Below, in pieces: positions 61,901 through 64,000 of a stretch of DNA of 64,000 bases. A model generated the notes under the pieces. The model made no database searches. It had not been told where the DNA came from and saw nothing but the letters and a program-made list of their open reading frames with translations. Both the position numbers and the translations under genes were made by a program. The stretch comes from a bacterium (GTDB lineage: Bacteria; Electryoneota; Electryoneia; Electryoneales; Electryoneaceae), in assembly GCA_963669175.1 (NCBI GenBank), contig OY769902.1, positions 3,328,001-3,392,000 on the forward strand, in the 5' to 3' direction. The number at the start of each line of letters is the position of its first letter. The stretch's first letter is position 1.

Positions 61901-63596
61901 AATCGAGAGAATGAAGCAGATTCTTGTCGGCACAACTTTCCTGAAAGAATCAATCCTGCTGAGCTATGACGAAGAAGAGTTTTCGCTTGATTCGGTCAAG
62001 GAAGGGGGTATCTGGATCGCCCGAATCTCAACACGGCACGACTATAAAAGATTCCGTATGGTGGTTAATACAAAACATGGGCAGCACTATGACCTGCAAC
62101 TCATATTGCGTGATGACCTGGATGAAGCCGAGGTTATCGAATCCATTCTATGGTTGATTGCTACCACCGGGTATCCGATTGGTGCGCCTGCATTGTCGCG
62201 TTTCGGTTGTTGTCGTCCCGAACTGCGCGCCATGTCCCTTGCTTACCGAAATTCACTCAGTGTATGGGATCACATCCGTCAGTATGCGAGCGAACGTGGG
62301 CCCGGTTCTCCCATGCCTGAGCCGGCCGAATGGCGAAAACTGTTTGTGCGTGCCATCTCAACCGCGTTTATCGGGTGGCGCAACAGCGGACGGAGAATTG
62401 TTCCCGGATCAATTACGCCAACGAACATTCTTGTGCCTTCAGTTGATTTTCGTGAAGTGGCTGCTATCGTGACCATATCCGGGTGGGAAAGATACAAGAA
62501 TACGCTTTCCCTGGTCAGGCCCATATTGCGCAACTTTTACCTGAAAACAGCGGCCTATTATCCCTGGAGTGATCACCTGTTACAGTACAAATGGATCTTT
62601 GAAGCCTGCCATGAAGCTTTAGGACCGGTTGAAGGAAGGCAGTTCCTGCAAACCCTGATAGAGGATCTGGCATTTGAAGCAATCCCGGTGAATGTGGATG
62701 AATTCGTGCATGAACTGGATGCTTACCTTATCCAACAACAACACTACTACCAGGTTCCGCTTGCCTTGCAGAACGCAATCGTTCGCTATCGCGAATGGAT
62801 ACGTGAGAATCCTGACGTTACTGTTGACGCCACTATCGAATCACTACGGCAGTTGTATCGCCTGTACCGGTTGGATCGGTATGCTGAGATCGCAAGGTAT
62901 TACCTGTACCGTCACACATATTTCGTAGATGCTGACCAGCCTGTATTAAAGAAGTTTGATGGTCTCTTGCATACCATGTTTCTGCGTTCAGATACGCCGG
63001 CCATGCGCCTGGTAGAACTTTCCGAACTGCAAGCGGAAATACAAAACCAGGACGACAGGGATGTTTTCAGCGCACTGGTATTCCCACGCTCACACCGTCA
63101 ATACATGATGGAAGTAACAGCGCTTGACGCCCAGGAACAGAAGCAGGTCATTGTCAGAACCACGATCACAGATCGCTACGAGGAGTTCTACACAATCCGT
63201 GAACCACTTTCTGCAGAGGAAGTTGGACGTTTGTACCGTCATTTCTTCAAGCAACATTTCCCGAAGACGGTGTCGGAGATGGATGGTCATATTGTGATCA
63301 CAGACTCGCTTGACCGTATTATCGGCGGGATCTGCTACAAGAAGATCGATGACGATGTGGTTCATCTGGATGGGCTGGTAGTGGCGCCGCATTTGAAAAG
63401 GCGGGGGATAGGCGGCGCACTTCTGGAAGATTTCTGTATCCGGCTTGGGAGCCAGGGGGTGAAAGTGATCAAAACACATTTCTTCATGAGGAAATTCTGC
63501 GCCAAGCATGGGTTCCAGGTAGATCGCAGGTGGGGAGGACTGGTTCGATTCCTGGATGTTCGGTCGGACCTTGACGTATCCGTTCTTGATACGTGA
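58920..63596 (+). CDS. Multidomain long-chain acyl-CoA synthetase-like protein with C-terminal GNAT domain
   Basis: FTSGSTGLPKG; YLPLFH; GFGMTE; KTGD; DRIKD; ELTPKG; C-terminal VAPHLKRRGIGGAL acetyl-CoA motif A. Confidence 0.88.
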   Translation: MASRATRFRHAIQKLNDSMKKGKISASLAGEILDEAEAAVKTSQAKNIARKHWLSFLNQTGQSVFLKALPDADERLRWADTVNAAVEIADYQLIDMLEERSNRIPNQPYFQTFEGDTPVHWTYATIHQRVQDIAGILFSLADEKDTQPRVAVFSANSLNSACADLACLCHGIFTTPLSTNMEKEVISYVIKRLHINIIAVDTVDRVRELDSIKRREKLEFSILLLQDEVSSDVEAVSLEQRMAHLTSRESKTLVSNRPRFGIHDTCTVMFTSGSTGLPKGVAFSQFNLVTKRFCRAAALPTVGKNEKLLCYLPLFHTFGRFLEMLGMLYWSGTYVFVGNTSADTYLKRLTEVKPTGLIGIPLRWTQIRDKCMELAGETAAPEDVGKAFRTLVGPNLRWGLSAAGYLSPKVFHFFQQNGVELCSGFGMTEATGGITMTLPGEYVNNSVGVPLPGINARLSDKGELQLSGSYIARYLPEEDKDQKGTLPVIDPDDGFWLKTGDLFKRWENGHYEIVDRIKDIYKNNRGQTVSPQKVEKKFKGVPGIKRTYLVGDGKAYNVLLIVPEVPDPSEVDELPSGEAANDYYRQIIATANKTLPPYERVINFSVLERDFEEEKGELTPKGTYRRKKIVENFNSIIKELYRKNYIELEVGRLTLRIPRWFYRDLGLLETDIVATDEGLKDVSRNIALNMHAIPEDKRVRIGDMEYWIDVETTPFIDLGSLSLQPRCWVGNVQMIAFCPCKEGWDAKICASSDQLFMDRDYPERLPMPIVEQPGDLTDQRLYQVNRLVIHALFGGTDTAMAAVERLGTLLTRTDDRLAQVIRRRLEALARHPNEEVRCLAYRVLLLDDPMPDYGSSMPTFLFSGLTFLNTNSIQAIAQTNLKQRRLGALRQRLEHYRVSLEWPADTAIRVQFERLFDLLAEFVRFHPEYYSPVRAELVSWILHDKDPELSRSARKRFVETAQWYEEWLAADKENLNPSLWRGKITFDEGITDSEIERMKQILVGTTFLKESILLSYDEEEFSLDSVKEGGIWIARISTRHDYKRFRMVVNTKHGQHYDLQLILRDDLDEAEVIESILWLIATTGYPIGAPALSRFGCCRPELRAMSLAYRNSLSVWDHIRQYASERGPGSPMPEPAEWRKLFVRAISTAFIGWRNSGRRIVPGSITPTNILVPSVDFREVAAIVTISGWERYKNTLSLVRPILRNFYLKTAAYYPWSDHLLQYKWIFEACHEALGPVEGRQFLQTLIEDLAFEAIPVNVDEFVHELDAYLIQQQHYYQVPLALQNAIVRYREWIRENPDVTVDATIESLRQLYRLYRLDRYAEIARYYLYRHTYFVDADQPVLKKFDGLLHTMFLRSDTPAMRLVELSELQAEIQNQDDRDVFSALVFPRSHRQYMMEVTALDAQEQKQVIVRTTITDRYEEFYTIREPLSAEEVGRLYRHFFKQHFPKTVSEMDGHIVITDSLDRIIGGICYKKIDDDVVHLDGLVVAPHLKRRGIGGALLEDFCIRLGSQGVKVIKTHFFMRKFCAKHGFQVDRRWGGLVRFLDVRSDLDVSVLDT

Positions 63597-63601
63597 ATCG
63601 G

Positions 63602-64000
63602 CTAATCCTGGATTGTTTCCTCTGGTTCAGGTGAGTTCTGGTTTTGTTGTCCGGATGGAGAAATCCTGGGTGTAAAGATACTGCTGGTGTTCGCCCGTGC
63701 TTTTTGCACATCAATCGGAACACCACTCTCCTTATCTATCTCAACCTGTATAAAATCACGTGTCAGTGAAGCGCCGCATTTCAGGCAGAACCGGGCGTCC
63801 TCATCGTTAAATGTGTCGCATTCCGGACATTTTCCTTTTTCGAGAAATGGACTCTGACTGACCAGGTATTTCAACTGTCTTTTCGACCATGCCATAATCC
63901 CTATGGTGAATATAATCGCGAAACCAAGGGTCGGTGTCACTGACAAATCCATAAAATGAATAAAGTCAAACAGGCCATGAAGAAACGCAGAAACGAGGTA
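63602..64000 (-). CDS. C-terminal part of a probable PrsW-family intramembrane protease with zinc ribbon, truncated by window end
   Basis: The frame stays open to 64000 (YLVSAFLHGLFDF, PrsW-like HglxD motif); CPEC...CLKC zinc ribbon. Confidence 0.65.
   Translation of the reverse strand, partial: YLVSAFLHGLFDFIHFMDLSVTPTLGFAIIFTIGIMAWSKRQLKYLVSQSPFLEKGKCPECDTFNDEDARFCLKCGASLTRDFIQVEIDKESGVPIDVQKARANTSSIFTPRISPSGQQNQNSPEPEETIQD

Overview
A 64 kb bacterial chromosomal segment of about 50% GC, mostly housekeeping and envelope genes (leuS, rnr, HU/IHF, elbB, peroxiredoxin, two class-V PLP enzymes, two sigma54 response regulators). Three large secreted proteins end in the PNPFN-type T9SS sorting domain, and a HybA/HybB/cytochrome c3 module is present. 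Together these suggest an anaerobic FCB-superphylum lineage (inference). Main observations beyond the ORF track: (1) a 74-codon SelW/Rdx-family selenoprotein gene (11390-11614) with a CxxU motif, in-frame TGA and a SECIS-like hairpin; (2) an AT-rich ABC-ATPase plus TOPRIM/DUF4435-like two-gene module (PARIS-like defence candidate) whose second gene is split in frame by a complete 1283-bp IS3 element with a GAG target duplication; (3) a 1558-aa acyl-CoA-ligase/pseudokinase-like/GNAT fusion; (4) an orphan ACP-FkbH-GNAT-beta-propeller cluster; (5) two sigma54 promoters, one driving an unknown 69-aa protein; (6) a structured non-coding element at 58318-58428 and four spaced palindromes at 12441-12631. 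No rRNA, tRNA or canonical CRISPR array was seen. All family calls come from reading motifs by eye, not from database searches.
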